From an uncultured Gemmatimonadota bacterium (GTDB taxonomy: Bacteria > Gemmatimonadota > Gemmatimonadetes > Palauibacterales > Palauibacteraceae), in contig CAYMQZ010000004.1 of assembly GCA_964392705.1 (NCBI GenBank), positions 1-45,533 of the forward strand: a stretch of DNA of 45,533 bases. Reading direction: 5' to 3'. The notes under the pieces were generated by a model. It was given only the letters and a program-made list of their open reading frames with translations. It ran no database searches and was not told where the DNA came from. A program made the position numbers and the translations under genes. This document shows positions 1 to 8,727 of this stretch, one piece after another (the first letter of the stretch is position 1; every line of letters starts with the position of its first letter).

Positions 1-153
1 GGCTACCGGGACGTGCGGGAGATGCGGGCCATGCCGACGGTCGCTCCTCTCCGGGAGCACCCACGCTTCCGGGCGCTCGTCGAGCGCATGGAGATCCTGC
101 TCGCCGAGGAGCGGCGGCGGATCGAGGCCGAGGGCTGGGGGGTTCCCGACTAG
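1..153 (+). CDS. 3' end of an upstream gene (C-terminal 50 aa, function unknown)
   Basis: Frame 1 is open from the window edge to TAG at 151-153 (...PRFRALVERMEILLAEERRRIEAEGWGVPD*). No domain is recognisable in this fragment. Confidence 0.4.
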   Translation, partial: GYRDVREMRAMPTVAPLREHPRFRALVERMEILLAEERRRIEAEGWGVPD

Positions 154-1667
154 CTCCCTTCCCAGGGCGCCTCGACGGCGACCGGCTCGTTCCGGTTGGC
201 TGCCGTCCCGTCGCCGAGCTCGGCCGAACGATTGAGGCCCCAGCAATACAGGGTTCCGTCCATCCCCAGGCCGCAGACATGCCCTCCGTCGACGGCGATG
301 CGCTCGAAGTCGCGCCCGCCCGCCGCGCGCACGGGCGTCGTCCGGGTTTCGTTCGTGCCGTCGCCGAGCTGGCCCGCGTCGTTGGCGCCCCAGCAGTAGA
401 CCGCGCCCGAAGCCGTGCGGCCGCAGGTGTGGTGCTGCCCGGCGCCGATCTCGACGAAGCTCGGGCCACCCGCCACCGCCACGGGCGTCGTGCTGCTCAG
501 GTTCGTCCCGTCGCCGAGCTGGCCGGCGCCGTTGGCTCCCCAGCAGTATGCCTCCCCGGCATCGGTCAGCGCGCAGGTGTGCCGCTCGCCGGCCGCCACC
601 TGCGCGAAGGTCTGATCGCCCTGCACCCGGACGGGCGTGTGCCGCTCGGTCGTGGTCCCGTCGCCCAGCTCGCCATCGTCGTTGGGACCCCAGCAGTACG
701 CGGCCCCGTCGGTCGTGACGCCGCAGGTGTGGTTGCCGCCGCCGGCGCCGGCGGCGCTCACCTGCACGAACGTGAGGTCGCCCGCGACCGCGGCAGGCGT
801 GAGCCGATCGGTCGTCGTCCCGTCCCCCAGCTGGCCCTCGCCGTTCCTGCCCCAGCAGTAGGCGGTCCCGTCGGCCGTCACCCCACAGGTATGGTTGCCG
901 CCGGCGCTGATCTGGGCGAACCGGTGCCCTCCACTCACCGGGTCGGGAGTGATGTCGAACGCACCGGTCGCTCCGTCCCCGCGCTCGCCGAAGAAGCCGT
1001 TCGCCCAGCAGTACGCCGTCCCGTCCCCCATCAGGCCGCACACCTGACCGCCCCCGAGGCTGATCCGGTCCAGGGTGACCCCGGCGTCGATCGGTACGGG
1101 CCGGCTCTCGGTCCCCACCCCCTCCCTGAGGAGCTGCCCGTGGACGTTGTCGCCCCAGCAGTAGAGGGTGCGGTGGGTGGTGACCGCGCAGCTGTTGATG
1201 AGCCCGGCGCTCACGTTCGCCCAGGCGAGCTCTCCGGCCCGCACGACCAGGTCCGCGGAGCCTGTGACGCCGGAGGCCGCCGCTCGGATGGTGGCGATGC
1301 CGTTGCCCCGGGCCGTCACGCTCCCGTCCCCATCGACCGTGGCCACCGATTCGTCCGAGCTGCCCCAGGTGAAGGAGACGCCCGACACCGCCTGACCGTT
1401 CTGGTCCCTGGCGGTGGCCTCGAGCTGCCGCGTGGCGCCCAGCTCGGCGAGCTCCAACGAGGACGGGGAGACGGTGACGCTCCTCACCGTGGGTTGGGGG
1501 GCCGGACCGTCGGGCCCCGTGGGACCCTCACCCCCTCCGCAGGCCGCCCCGAGGGTCAGGGCCGACAGGGAGAGGACGGCCACGGGGCGCCGGAGCACGG
1601 AGTGGAAGAAGTCGAGCGACGCCTTCCGGAGGCCGCGCGCGAGGCGAATGTGGACAGTTCGACGCAT
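150..1667 (-). CDS. Lipoprotein with a Big_2-type Ig-like domain and a seven-bladed RCC1-repeat beta-propeller
   Basis: 505-aa ORF. It has a lipobox-like N-terminus (LSALTLGAAC) and a Big_2-like segment (VTVSPSSLELAELGATRQLEATARDQNG...ATVDGDGSVTARGNG). There are seven copies of the RCC1 signature YCWG.N..GQLGDGT. Confidence 0.85.
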   Translation of the reverse strand: MRRTVHIRLARGLRKASLDFFHSVLRRPVAVLSLSALTLGAACGGGEGPTGPDGPAPQPTVRSVTVSPSSLELAELGATRQLEATARDQNGQAVSGVSFTWGSSDESVATVDGDGSVTARGNGIATIRAAASGVTGSADLVVRAGELAWANVSAGLINSCAVTTHRTLYCWGDNVHGQLLREGVGTESRPVPIDAGVTLDRISLGGGQVCGLMGDGTAYCWANGFFGERGDGATGAFDITPDPVSGGHRFAQISAGGNHTCGVTADGTAYCWGRNGEGQLGDGTTTDRLTPAAVAGDLTFVQVSAAGAGGGNHTCGVTTDGAAYCWGPNDDGELGDGTTTERHTPVRVQGDQTFAQVAAGERHTCALTDAGEAYCWGANGAGQLGDGTNLSSTTPVAVAGGPSFVEIGAGQHHTCGRTASGAVYCWGANDAGQLGDGTNETRTTPVRAAGGRDFERIAVDGGHVCGLGMDGTLYCWGLNRSAELGDGTAANRNEPVAVEAPWEGS

Positions 1668-2005
1668 GGCTGGAGCTCCGCTGAACGAGGCAGGCGGATG
1701 AGCCGTCCCACCCGCACGGCTCGCAGTCTGGAGAGACCCTCTAAACGGCTCGTCAACACAGCATCAATTCTGCGTCATTTCCGAGAAGCGCCGGTCACGG
1801 GCGGGCGCTCCCCCCTCCGAGTGCGAGCCGCGCCCTCTCGCCCGGCGAGACCCGCGCGTGTCCCGCGCGCCCGTGCCCGACGTCCGGCTTGCGGACGGCC
1901 GGATCGCGTGGCAGCCTGAGCGTCCCGGTTTGGGCGCGCCGCCCCGCCGAAAGCGTGGGTGGAGCGCGCGGCCGTCGGATGCCAGGAAACGTCCCCACGG
2001 TCCCG

Positions 2006-5000
2006 ATGAGAACGGAGTGGTCGATGCGCCCGAGCGCGTTCCAGGTCCGGTCCCACGGTCGGATCGACGTTCCCCGTCACCCGGGCCGGGTCCTCGTGGC
2101 GGGTGCGTTGACGGCCCTGCTGCTTTTCCCCGTCGCCGCGGAGGGGCAGCGGCAGGCCGCCGCCGACGCCCTGGACCCCGCGCTCCTCGCCGGCATGGAA
2201 GCCCGCCAGATCGGCCCCGCCGGCATGAGCGGCCGGATCGCCTCGATCGACGCCGTGGCCTCCGACCCCGACATCATCTACATCGGGGCCGCCACCAGCG
2301 GCGCCTGGAAGTCCGAGAACCGGGGGCTCACCTGGGAGCCGCTGTTCGACGAGCAGCCGGTGCACTCGATCGGCGCCGTGGCCGTCTTCCAACCCAGCCC
2401 CGACGTCGTCTGGGTCGGGACGGGGGAAGGGAACACCCGGAACTCCGTCTCGGTGGGGAACGGCGTCTACCGGTCGCGGGACGGCGGCCGCACCTGGGAG
2501 CACGTGGGGCTCGAGGGCACCGAGCGGATCCACAAGATCGTGCTCCACCCGACCGATTCGGACGTCGCCTACGTCGCGGCGCTCGGCCACCTGTGGGGAG
2601 AGAACCCGGAGCGGGGCGTCTACCGGACGACGGACGGCGGCCGCACCTGGGAGAGGGTGCTGTACGTGGACGAGCGGACGGGCGCGGCCGACCTGGCCGT
2701 GGATCCCACGAACCCCCGCAAGCTGTTCGCGGCCATGTGGGAGCACGGGCGCCGGCCCTACTTCTTCGAGTCGGGCGGCCCGGGATCGGGGCTCTACGTG
2801 ACCCACGACGGCGGCGACACCTGGGAGCGCCGCACCCCGGAGGACGGCCTTCCCGAGGGCGACCTGGGCCGGATCGGGATCGGGATCTCGCGCTCGAACC
2901 CCGAGATCGTCTACGCCCTGGTCGAGGCGGAGAGCAACGTGCTCCTGCGCTCCGACGACGGGGGCCGGAGCTTCCGGACAGTGAACCGGGAGAGGAACAT
3001 CGCCCCCCGCCCCTTCTACTACGCCAGCATCTGGATCGACCCGCGGAACCCGAACGTCGTCTACAACGTGCACTCGCTGGTCACGCGCTCCGAGGACGGC
3101 GGCGAGTCGTTCGAGACCCTGGTCCCCTTCAACACCGCCCACCCCGACCACCACGCCTTCTGGATCCACCCCGAGGACCCCGAGCTGCTGATGACGGGGA
3201 ACGACGGCGGCTTCTACCTGAGCGACGACCGGGGCGAGAACTGGGACTTCTCGGCCAACCTCCCCTTCGCCCAGTTCTACCACATCCGCGTGGACCGCGA
3301 GACCCCGTATCACGTGTACGGGGGGCTTCAGGACAACGGCTCCTGGAAGGGGCCGGCCGAGGTGTGGGAGAACGGCGGGATCCGGAACCACCACTGGGAG
3401 GAGATCGCGTTCGGCGACGGCTTCGACGCCGCGCCCGACCCCGAGGACCACATGAAGGGGTACGGGATGAGCCAGGAGGGCTTCCTGGTGCGCTGGGACC
3501 TGCGCACGGGCGAGCGGAAGAGCGTCCGTCCGCCCCCGCCCGACCCGGAGACGACCCTCCGCTTCAACTGGAACGCGGGCTTCGCGCAGGACCCGTTCGA
3601 CCCGGCCACGATCTACTACGGGAGCCAGTTCGTGCACCGCTCGCCGGACCGCGGCGAGAGCTGGGAGCTCATCAGCCCGGACCTCACCACCGACAACCCC
3701 GACTGGCAGATCTACCCGGAGAGCGGGGGCCTCACGCCCGACGTGACGGGGGCGGAGAACTACACGACGATCGTGGCGATCGAGCCCAGCCCGATCCAGG
3801 AAGGCGTTCTCTGGGTGGGCACGGACGACGGCCGGCTGCATGTAACTCGTGACGGCGGCGAGTCGTGGACCGCCGTGGAGGGGAACGTGCCCGGCGTGCC
3901 GGCGAACACGTGGATCCCCCACATCCACGCCTCCGCTCACGCTGCCGGGACCGCGTTCGCCGTCTTCGACGACCACCGCCGCGACGACTGGACGCCCTAC
4001 GTCTACCGGACCGATGACTTCGGTGCGAGCTGGACGCGCCTGGCGGGCCAGGGCGGGGGCGCCGGGCCCCGGACGGCGGAGGCTCCCGACGACGGGGTCT
4101 GGGGATACGCCCTCTCCATCGTCCAGGACCCGGTCGACCCCGACCTCCTCTTCCTGGGGACCGAGTTCGGGCTGTACGCCAGCCTGGACGGCGGGGGAAG
4201 CTGGATGCGCTGGGAGCACGGCGTGCCCACGGCCAGCGTGATGGACCTGCGGGTCCAGCCCGACGAGGCCGATCTGGTGCTGGGGACGCACGGCCGCTCC
4301 ATCTACGTGCTGGACGACATCCGGCCTCTCCGGGGGCTGGACGCGGCGAGGCTGGCCGAGCCGCTCCACCTGTTCGACATTCCGGACGCGGTCCAGTACG
4401 AGGTGAAGCAGACGGGCGCCTCGCGCTTCCCCGGCCAGGAGGAGTTCCGGGGCGAGAACGAGCCGTACGGCGCGCTGATCACCTTCTCGGCGAGCCGCGA
4501 CGACCTGCCGCACCCCGAGGAGGAGGTCGAGCGCGCCCGCAAGGAGCGCGAGCGGGAGGAGCGGCGCGCGACGGAGACGATGGAGGCCACGGAGGAGGAG
4601 CGCGAGCCGGAGGTGGCGGGCGAGGCCACGGGGGCAGAGGCCGAGGCGATGGGCCCATCGGGGCCGCAGGAGGAACCGGAGGCCGAGCGCGGCCCACGGG
4701 TGAAGGTGGAGGTCGCCGACGGGTCGGGCGAGGTGGTCCGCACCTTCGAGCGGCCCGTGTCGCTGGGGGTGAACCGGATCACTTGGAACCTGCGCCGGGA
4801 CCCCTTCGAGCGCCCCGACACGGGCGAGGAGGAGGAGGAGTTCTCGTTCTTCGGGCCCTCGGGCGCCGAGGTCCCGCCGGGCACCTACACCGTGACCCTG
4901 ACGCTGGGCGAGGCCGAGGCGAGCGGATCGGTCGAGGTGCTCCCCGACCCGCGGCAGGACATCCTGGCCGCCGATCGGCGCCGGCAGTACGAGACCATCC

Positions 5001-5467
5001 TCGAGGGCGGCGCGCTGCGGAACGCCCTCGCCGAGGCGATCACCAACATCTACGACGCCCGCCGCGAGATCGACGTCGTCCTCCGCAAGGCGCGGGCGGC
5101 GGGCGAGGGGGAGGAGGCCGAGGGTCCCTACGCCGAGCTCACCCGGGCGGGCCGGGAGCTGAAGCGGGGGCTCACGGAGCTCGAGGAGCGGCTGTGGGTG
5201 CCGCCGGAGACGAAGGGAATCGTGGCCAGCGATCACCTCCCGTGGAGCAAGGTGCAGACCGCGATCCGCTTCCTGGGGTCCACGCGCGCGGCGCCGAGCG
5301 AGACGAACCTGGCCTACCTGGAGGTGGCGCGGGCGACGACGGACGCGGCGCTGGAGGAGGTGAACGCGCTGTTCGCCGGGGAGGTGGCCGCGTTCCGGGA
5401 GCGGGTCGAGGCGTCCGACCTCGTCCTCTTCCCGGCGTTCGAGGCGGTCGAGGTGGAGCTTCCGTAG
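2006..5467 (+). CDS. Secreted BNR/Asp-box repeat protein (sortilin/VPS10-like)
   Basis: About ten S/T-x-D-x-G-x-(T/S)-W/F Asp-box motifs (SRDGGRTWEH, TTDGGRTWER, THDGGDTWER, SDDGGRSF, SEDGGESFE, SDDRGENW, SPDRGESWE, TRDGGESWT, TDDFGASWT, SLDGGGSWM). A signal-peptide-like segment VLVAGALTALLLFPVAAEG follows ATG 2006/2024. The start is uncertain (TTG 1889, ATG 2006 or ATG 2024). Confidence 0.8.
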   Translation: MRTEWSMRPSAFQVRSHGRIDVPRHPGRVLVAGALTALLLFPVAAEGQRQAAADALDPALLAGMEARQIGPAGMSGRIASIDAVASDPDIIYIGAATSGAWKSENRGLTWEPLFDEQPVHSIGAVAVFQPSPDVVWVGTGEGNTRNSVSVGNGVYRSRDGGRTWEHVGLEGTERIHKIVLHPTDSDVAYVAALGHLWGENPERGVYRTTDGGRTWERVLYVDERTGAADLAVDPTNPRKLFAAMWEHGRRPYFFESGGPGSGLYVTHDGGDTWERRTPEDGLPEGDLGRIGIGISRSNPEIVYALVEAESNVLLRSDDGGRSFRTVNRERNIAPRPFYYASIWIDPRNPNVVYNVHSLVTRSEDGGESFETLVPFNTAHPDHHAFWIHPEDPELLMTGNDGGFYLSDDRGENWDFSANLPFAQFYHIRVDRETPYHVYGGLQDNGSWKGPAEVWENGGIRNHHWEEIAFGDGFDAAPDPEDHMKGYGMSQEGFLVRWDLRTGERKSVRPPPPDPETTLRFNWNAGFAQDPFDPATIYYGSQFVHRSPDRGESWELISPDLTTDNPDWQIYPESGGLTPDVTGAENYTTIVAIEPSPIQEGVLWVGTDDGRLHVTRDGGESWTAVEGNVPGVPANTWIPHIHASAHAAGTAFAVFDDHRRDDWTPYVYRTDDFGASWTRLAGQGGGAGPRTAEAPDDGVWGYALSIVQDPVDPDLLFLGTEFGLYASLDGGGSWMRWEHGVPTASVMDLRVQPDEADLVLGTHGRSIYVLDDIRPLRGLDAARLAEPLHLFDIPDAVQYEVKQTGASRFPGQEEFRGENEPYGALITFSASRDDLPHPEEEVERARKEREREERRATETMEATEEEREPEVAGEATGAEAEAMGPSGPQEEPEAERGPRVKVEVADGSGEVVRTFERPVSLGVNRITWNLRRDPFERPDTGEEEEEFSFFGPSGAEVPPGTYTVTLTLGEAEASGSVEVLPDPRQDILAADRRRQYETILEGGALRNALAEAITNIYDARREIDVVLRKARAAGEGEEAEGPYAELTRAGRELKRGLTELEERLWVPPETKGIVASDHLPWSKVQTAIRFLGSTRAAPSETNLAYLEVARATTDAALEEVNALFAGEVAAFRERVEASDLVLFPAFEAVEVELP

Positions 5468-5476
5468 GGGGTCGTC

Positions 5477-5566
5477 ATGGAGGCATCGATGATCCGGACC
5501 CAGGTGCAGTTCACCGAAGAGCGGTTGGAGGCCCTGCTCGCGGCCGGCCGTCGCGATTTGACATGA
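5477..5566 (+). CDS. Possible 29-codon mini-ORF resembling the N-terminus of a ribbon-helix-helix (CopG-like) protein
   Basis: ATG 5477 to TGA 5564-5566 encodes MEASMIRTQVQFTEERLEALLAAGRRDLT. Its stop overlaps ATG 5563 of the downstream kinase (ATGA). It is too short to be a complete RHH domain and may be a remnant or non-coding. Confidence 0.2.
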   Translation: MEASMIRTQVQFTEERLEALLAAGRRDLT

Positions 5567-7242
5567 CGGAGCGGGCTTCCACGGTCCGTCGGCTCTTCAT
5601 CGAGCTGCACGGAGCGCCGCCCGCCCGCATCGAGTCCGTCTCCGCGGACGGATCAGCCCGCAGCTACTGGCGGCTGTGGGGCCCTGGCGGCGAGACCGTG
5701 ATCGGCGCCCACGGGCCCGAGCCGGAGGAGAACCGGGCGTTCCTCTCCTTCTCCCGGAGCTTCCGGAAGCTGGGGCTTCCCGTGCCGGAGATCCTGGCGG
5801 CCGACGAGGAGGAGGGGGTCTGGCTGGCCGAGGACCTGGGGGACCGCACGCTGTTCGACGTGCTGACGGAGGCGCGGGAAGGCCCCGCGGCCGACCCCGA
5901 CGAGGCGGGTGGCTTCCCGGCTTCCGTGGTGCCGCTGTACGAGCGGGTGCTCGAGTGGCTGCCCCGCTTCCAGGTGGAAGGAGGACGGGCGATCGACTTC
6001 GGCGTCGCGTACCCGCGGGAGGCGTTCGACCGCCAGTCCGTCCTCTGGGACCTGAACTATTTCAAGTACCATTTCCTGAAGCTGGCGCACGTGCCGTTCA
6101 GCGAGGCGCGGCTGGAGCGGGACTTCGGACGACTGACCCGGTTCCTCGCGAAGGCGCCCTCCGACTTCTTCCTCTACCGGGACTTCCAGTCGCGGAACGT
6201 GATGATCCGCGACGGCGAGCCCTGGTTCATCGACTACCAGGGCGGACGGAAGGGCGCGCTCCAGTACGACGTGGCCTCGCTGCTCTACGATGCCAAGGCC
6301 GACCTTCCGGCCGCGCTTCGCGCGCGGTTCCTGGAGGGCTACCTGGATGGCCTCGAGAATCACGTTCCCGTGGACCGGGAGGACTTCCGGGACCGCTACC
6401 CGGCTTTCGTGCTCGTGCGGCTGTTGCAGGCGATGGGCGCCTACGGCTACCGCGGGTTCTACGAGCGGAAGCCGCACTTCATGCAGAGCGTGCCGTACGC
6501 GGCGCGGGCGCTCGGCCGCATGGCGGAGGCCGGACTGCCTTTGCGAGCTCCCGAGCTCGAGGCCGTCCTCGGCCGGATCGCCGAGGCGTGGGCCGACCGG
6601 GATCCGGAGGCGTGGACGGAGTGGCCGGAGCTGGCCTGGGCTCCCAGGCCGGAGCGCATCGCCCGTTCCGATGATGTCGAGCGCGCCGCCCGTGCCGGCG
6701 GCGCGGACCGCCCCGGTCAGGCGACGGTCGAACCCTCGCGCCCGACGGCTGCCGCCTCGGCGGCGGCGGACGCCCAGCCTCCGACGGCCGGGAAAGCGCA
6801 GGAGCCGGCGCTCACGGTCCGGGTGGGCAGCTTCAGCTTCCGGCGTGGATATCCTCCGGATGAGACCAGGCATGGGGGGCCGGTCTTCGATTGCCGGGTC
6901 CTTCCGAACCCGGGCCGCCTGGAGGCCTACCGGGACTCCACGGGGCTCGAGGACGAGACGATCGCTTTCCTCGCGGCCCGGGAGGAGACCGGGCGCTTCT
7001 GGGAGCTGGTGCGCCCGTTGGCCGAAGCGCAGGTGCGGGAGTTCCTGGAGCGCGGCCACGCCGAGCTCACGATCCACTTCGGCTGCACGGGTGGCCAGCA
7101 CCGGTCCCCGTACTTCGCCGAGCGGCTCGCCCGTCATCTGCGGGAGGAGTTTCCGCGGATTCGCGTGGAGGTCTTGCACCGCGAGCGGGACGCCTGGCCG
7201 GGCGAGGCGTCGGGAGCCGACGCCACCCGGTCGGCGGGCTGA
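5563..7242 (+). CDS. amgK: AmgK-like anomeric amino-sugar kinase (APH fold) fused to a RapZ/YvcJ C-terminal domain
   Basis: 559 aa from ATG 5563. The kinase motifs YRDFQSRNVMI...FIDYQGG...YDVASLLYD resemble MurNAc/GlcNAc anomeric kinase. After a Pro/Ala-rich linker, the C-terminal ~130 aa (LTVRVGSFSFRRGYPPD...VFDCRVLPNPG...TIHFGCTGGQHRSPYFAERLA) aligns by eye with the E. coli RapZ C-terminal domain (SIFSFGFKHG...VFDVRFLPNPHW...AIGCTGGKHRSVYIAEQLA). Confidence 0.75.
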   Translation: MTERASTVRRLFIELHGAPPARIESVSADGSARSYWRLWGPGGETVIGAHGPEPEENRAFLSFSRSFRKLGLPVPEILAADEEEGVWLAEDLGDRTLFDVLTEAREGPAADPDEAGGFPASVVPLYERVLEWLPRFQVEGGRAIDFGVAYPREAFDRQSVLWDLNYFKYHFLKLAHVPFSEARLERDFGRLTRFLAKAPSDFFLYRDFQSRNVMIRDGEPWFIDYQGGRKGALQYDVASLLYDAKADLPAALRARFLEGYLDGLENHVPVDREDFRDRYPAFVLVRLLQAMGAYGYRGFYERKPHFMQSVPYAARALGRMAEAGLPLRAPELEAVLGRIAEAWADRDPEAWTEWPELAWAPRPERIARSDDVERAARAGGADRPGQATVEPSRPTAAASAAADAQPPTAGKAQEPALTVRVGSFSFRRGYPPDETRHGGPVFDCRVLPNPGRLEAYRDSTGLEDETIAFLAAREETGRFWELVRPLAEAQVREFLERGHAELTIHFGCTGGQHRSPYFAERLARHLREEFPRIRVEVLHRERDAWPGEASGADATRSAG

Positions 7243-7268
7243 CGGGCCGCCCCGGGAGCGCTCCGAGG

Positions 7269-8093
7269 ATGGAAGCCATGATCCTGGCCGCCGGACTCGG
7301 CACGCGCCTCCGGCCCCTGACCGACCGGGTGCCGAAGGCGCTGGTGCAGGTGGCGGGAATCACCCTCCTGGAGCGGGTCGCTCGTCGGCTGGTCGACGCC
7401 GGGGCCGATCGGCTCATCGTGAACGTCCACCACCACGCCGACCGGGTCGTCCGCTTCCTCGAGACGCGGGATGGCTTCGGGGTCGAGGTGCGCGTCTCGC
7501 GCGAGACGGAGGAACCGCTGGAGACGGGCGGAGGGCTTCGCCGGGCCGCTCCGCTGTTCGCGGGGGAGGAGCCCTTCTTCCTCCACAACGTGGACGTGCT
7601 CTCGGACCTGGACCTCCGGGTCATGCTCGCCAGGCATCTGGAGGAGATGGAGCCGGCGGCTCCCGGTGGCGCGACCGGCGAGCCTTCGGCCGGGGCCGGG
7701 AAGGCGGTCGGCACGGATTCCCCCGCGGCCGTGGCGGGCGGCGGTCCGCTCCTCGCCACCCTGGCCGTGCAGGACCGGGAAACCTCGCGGCCGCTGCTCG
7801 TGGACGAGCGGGGGGTCTTCGGCGTGGCGAACCTGCGCACCGGATGGCGGTGCGAGGCCCGCGAGCCGGTCGGGAAGGTGCGACGGGTCGGCTTCTGCGG
7901 AATCCACGTCGTCTCGCCCGGGATTCACGGCCGGATCACGGAGGAGGGGAAGTTCCCGATCTGGGAGCCCTACTTCCGGCTCGCCGCCGAGGGGTGGCGC
8001 ATCCTTCCGTACGACATCGGTCCCGCCCGCTGGCTGGAGGTGGGGACGCCCGAGCGTCTGGAGCGCGCCCGGGAGCTCCTCTCGGGCCCGTGA
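7269..8093 (+). CDS. murU: MurU-like sugar-1-phosphate nucleotidyltransferase
   Basis: N-terminal ILAAGLGTRLRPLTDRVPKALV nucleotidyltransferase signature. It lies immediately downstream of the AmgK-like kinase, which is the canonical amgK-murU pairing. A ~35-aa Ala/Gly/Pro-rich insertion (about 7641-7750) is not typical for the family. Confidence 0.7.
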   Translation: MEAMILAAGLGTRLRPLTDRVPKALVQVAGITLLERVARRLVDAGADRLIVNVHHHADRVVRFLETRDGFGVEVRVSRETEEPLETGGGLRRAAPLFAGEEPFFLHNVDVLSDLDLRVMLARHLEEMEPAAPGGATGEPSAGAGKAVGTDSPAAVAGGGPLLATLAVQDRETSRPLLVDERGVFGVANLRTGWRCEAREPVGKVRRVGFCGIHVVSPGIHGRITEEGKFPIWEPYFRLAAEGWRILPYDIGPARWLEVGTPERLERARELLSGP

Positions 8094-8136
8094 GTGCCTC
8101 GCTACGGTCGATCTTCCGCGCTCGGCGGACGCCGGC

Positions 8137-8508
8137 TCACGCCTCGTCCCCGGACCGCCCGCGGGTCAGGATCCAGGCGTACAGGAAGGCGTTCAGCATG
8201 ATGACCAGAACCCCGAGGAAGAGGTGGATCTCTCCCCAGCGCTCCGGATACAGGAGCCCGCCCAGGTAGTGCTCGATGAACCCCCCCTCGTAGCCGGCCT
8301 GACCGGCGGCCCGACGCAGCCGGTTCTCCAGCGGCGTGAGCGGACACACCCAGCCCCAGAACTCGATGGCCGCGCCGTAGGCGGCGCAGGGCACGTGGAC
8401 CCACGCGATCCAGCGACGCCACAAGAGAAGCAGGGCGCCCAGGATGACGAACAGGACGAAGCCGCCGTGTACGAGCATCGTCAGGTCGGCGAGCAGCGAG
8501 TACACCAT
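8137..8508 (-). CDS. Small integral membrane protein (DUF2784-like)
   Basis: 123-aa ORF with about four hydrophobic helices (LTMLVHGGFVLFVILGALLLLW, HVPCAAYGAAIEFWGWVCPLTPLE, LFLGVLVIMLNAFLYAWIL). Confidence 0.65.
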   Translation of the reverse strand: MVYSLLADLTMLVHGGFVLFVILGALLLLWRRWIAWVHVPCAAYGAAIEFWGWVCPLTPLENRLRRAAGQAGYEGGFIEHYLGGLLYPERWGEIHLFLGVLVIMLNAFLYAWILTRGRSGDEA

Positions 8509-8727
8509 GGGATGGAGGTATGGGCCGGGCGGGCGTCGGGCCAGCCCGGGGCCCGCGGCGGCTCGCGGACCCTCGACGAGACGGTTCGGGGATGCGCGTG
8601 GGCGGCCCGGGACCCGAAGGCTCGGGCCGCGGGCCCTCGCGTCGCGGACGCCGGGTTTGAAGGTTCCCGTCGAGGGGGGACGGCGCGGAAAGGGGAAGGC
8701 CGCGATGAGACCGTCGGGAGAGAGCGC

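Noticed and set aside
196-861. Plus-strand short ORFs with a recurring ...VPSPSWPAPLAPQQY... peptide, which looks like a protein repeat family.
   Set aside because: They are the antisense image of the seven YCWG.N..GQLGDGT RCC1 repeats of the minus-strand gene 150-1667, not independent genes.
1775-5236. 1153-aa minus-strand ORF. The same applies to other very long ORFs such as 279-1919(+), 1858-3852(+), 5653-7179(-), 6290-8269(+), 10253-11671(-), 13292-15001(-), 17139-20051(-), 23700-25718(+), 25285-27051(+), 26051-27706(-), 28856-31354(+, upstream part), 31201-33456(-) and 43122-45032(+).
   Set aside because: They are antisense to, or out of frame with, genes that have clear family motifs. 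Their translations are Arg/Pro/Gly/Ala-rich with no recognisable domains. This is the usual open-frame artefact of ~70% GC DNA, where stop codons are rare.
4783-5562. N-terminal 260 aa of track ORF 4783-7242, which would extend the kinase gene.
   Set aside because: This part overlaps the 3' end of the BNR gene in another frame and is Gly/Arg-rich low complexity. Kinase homology begins at ATG 5563.
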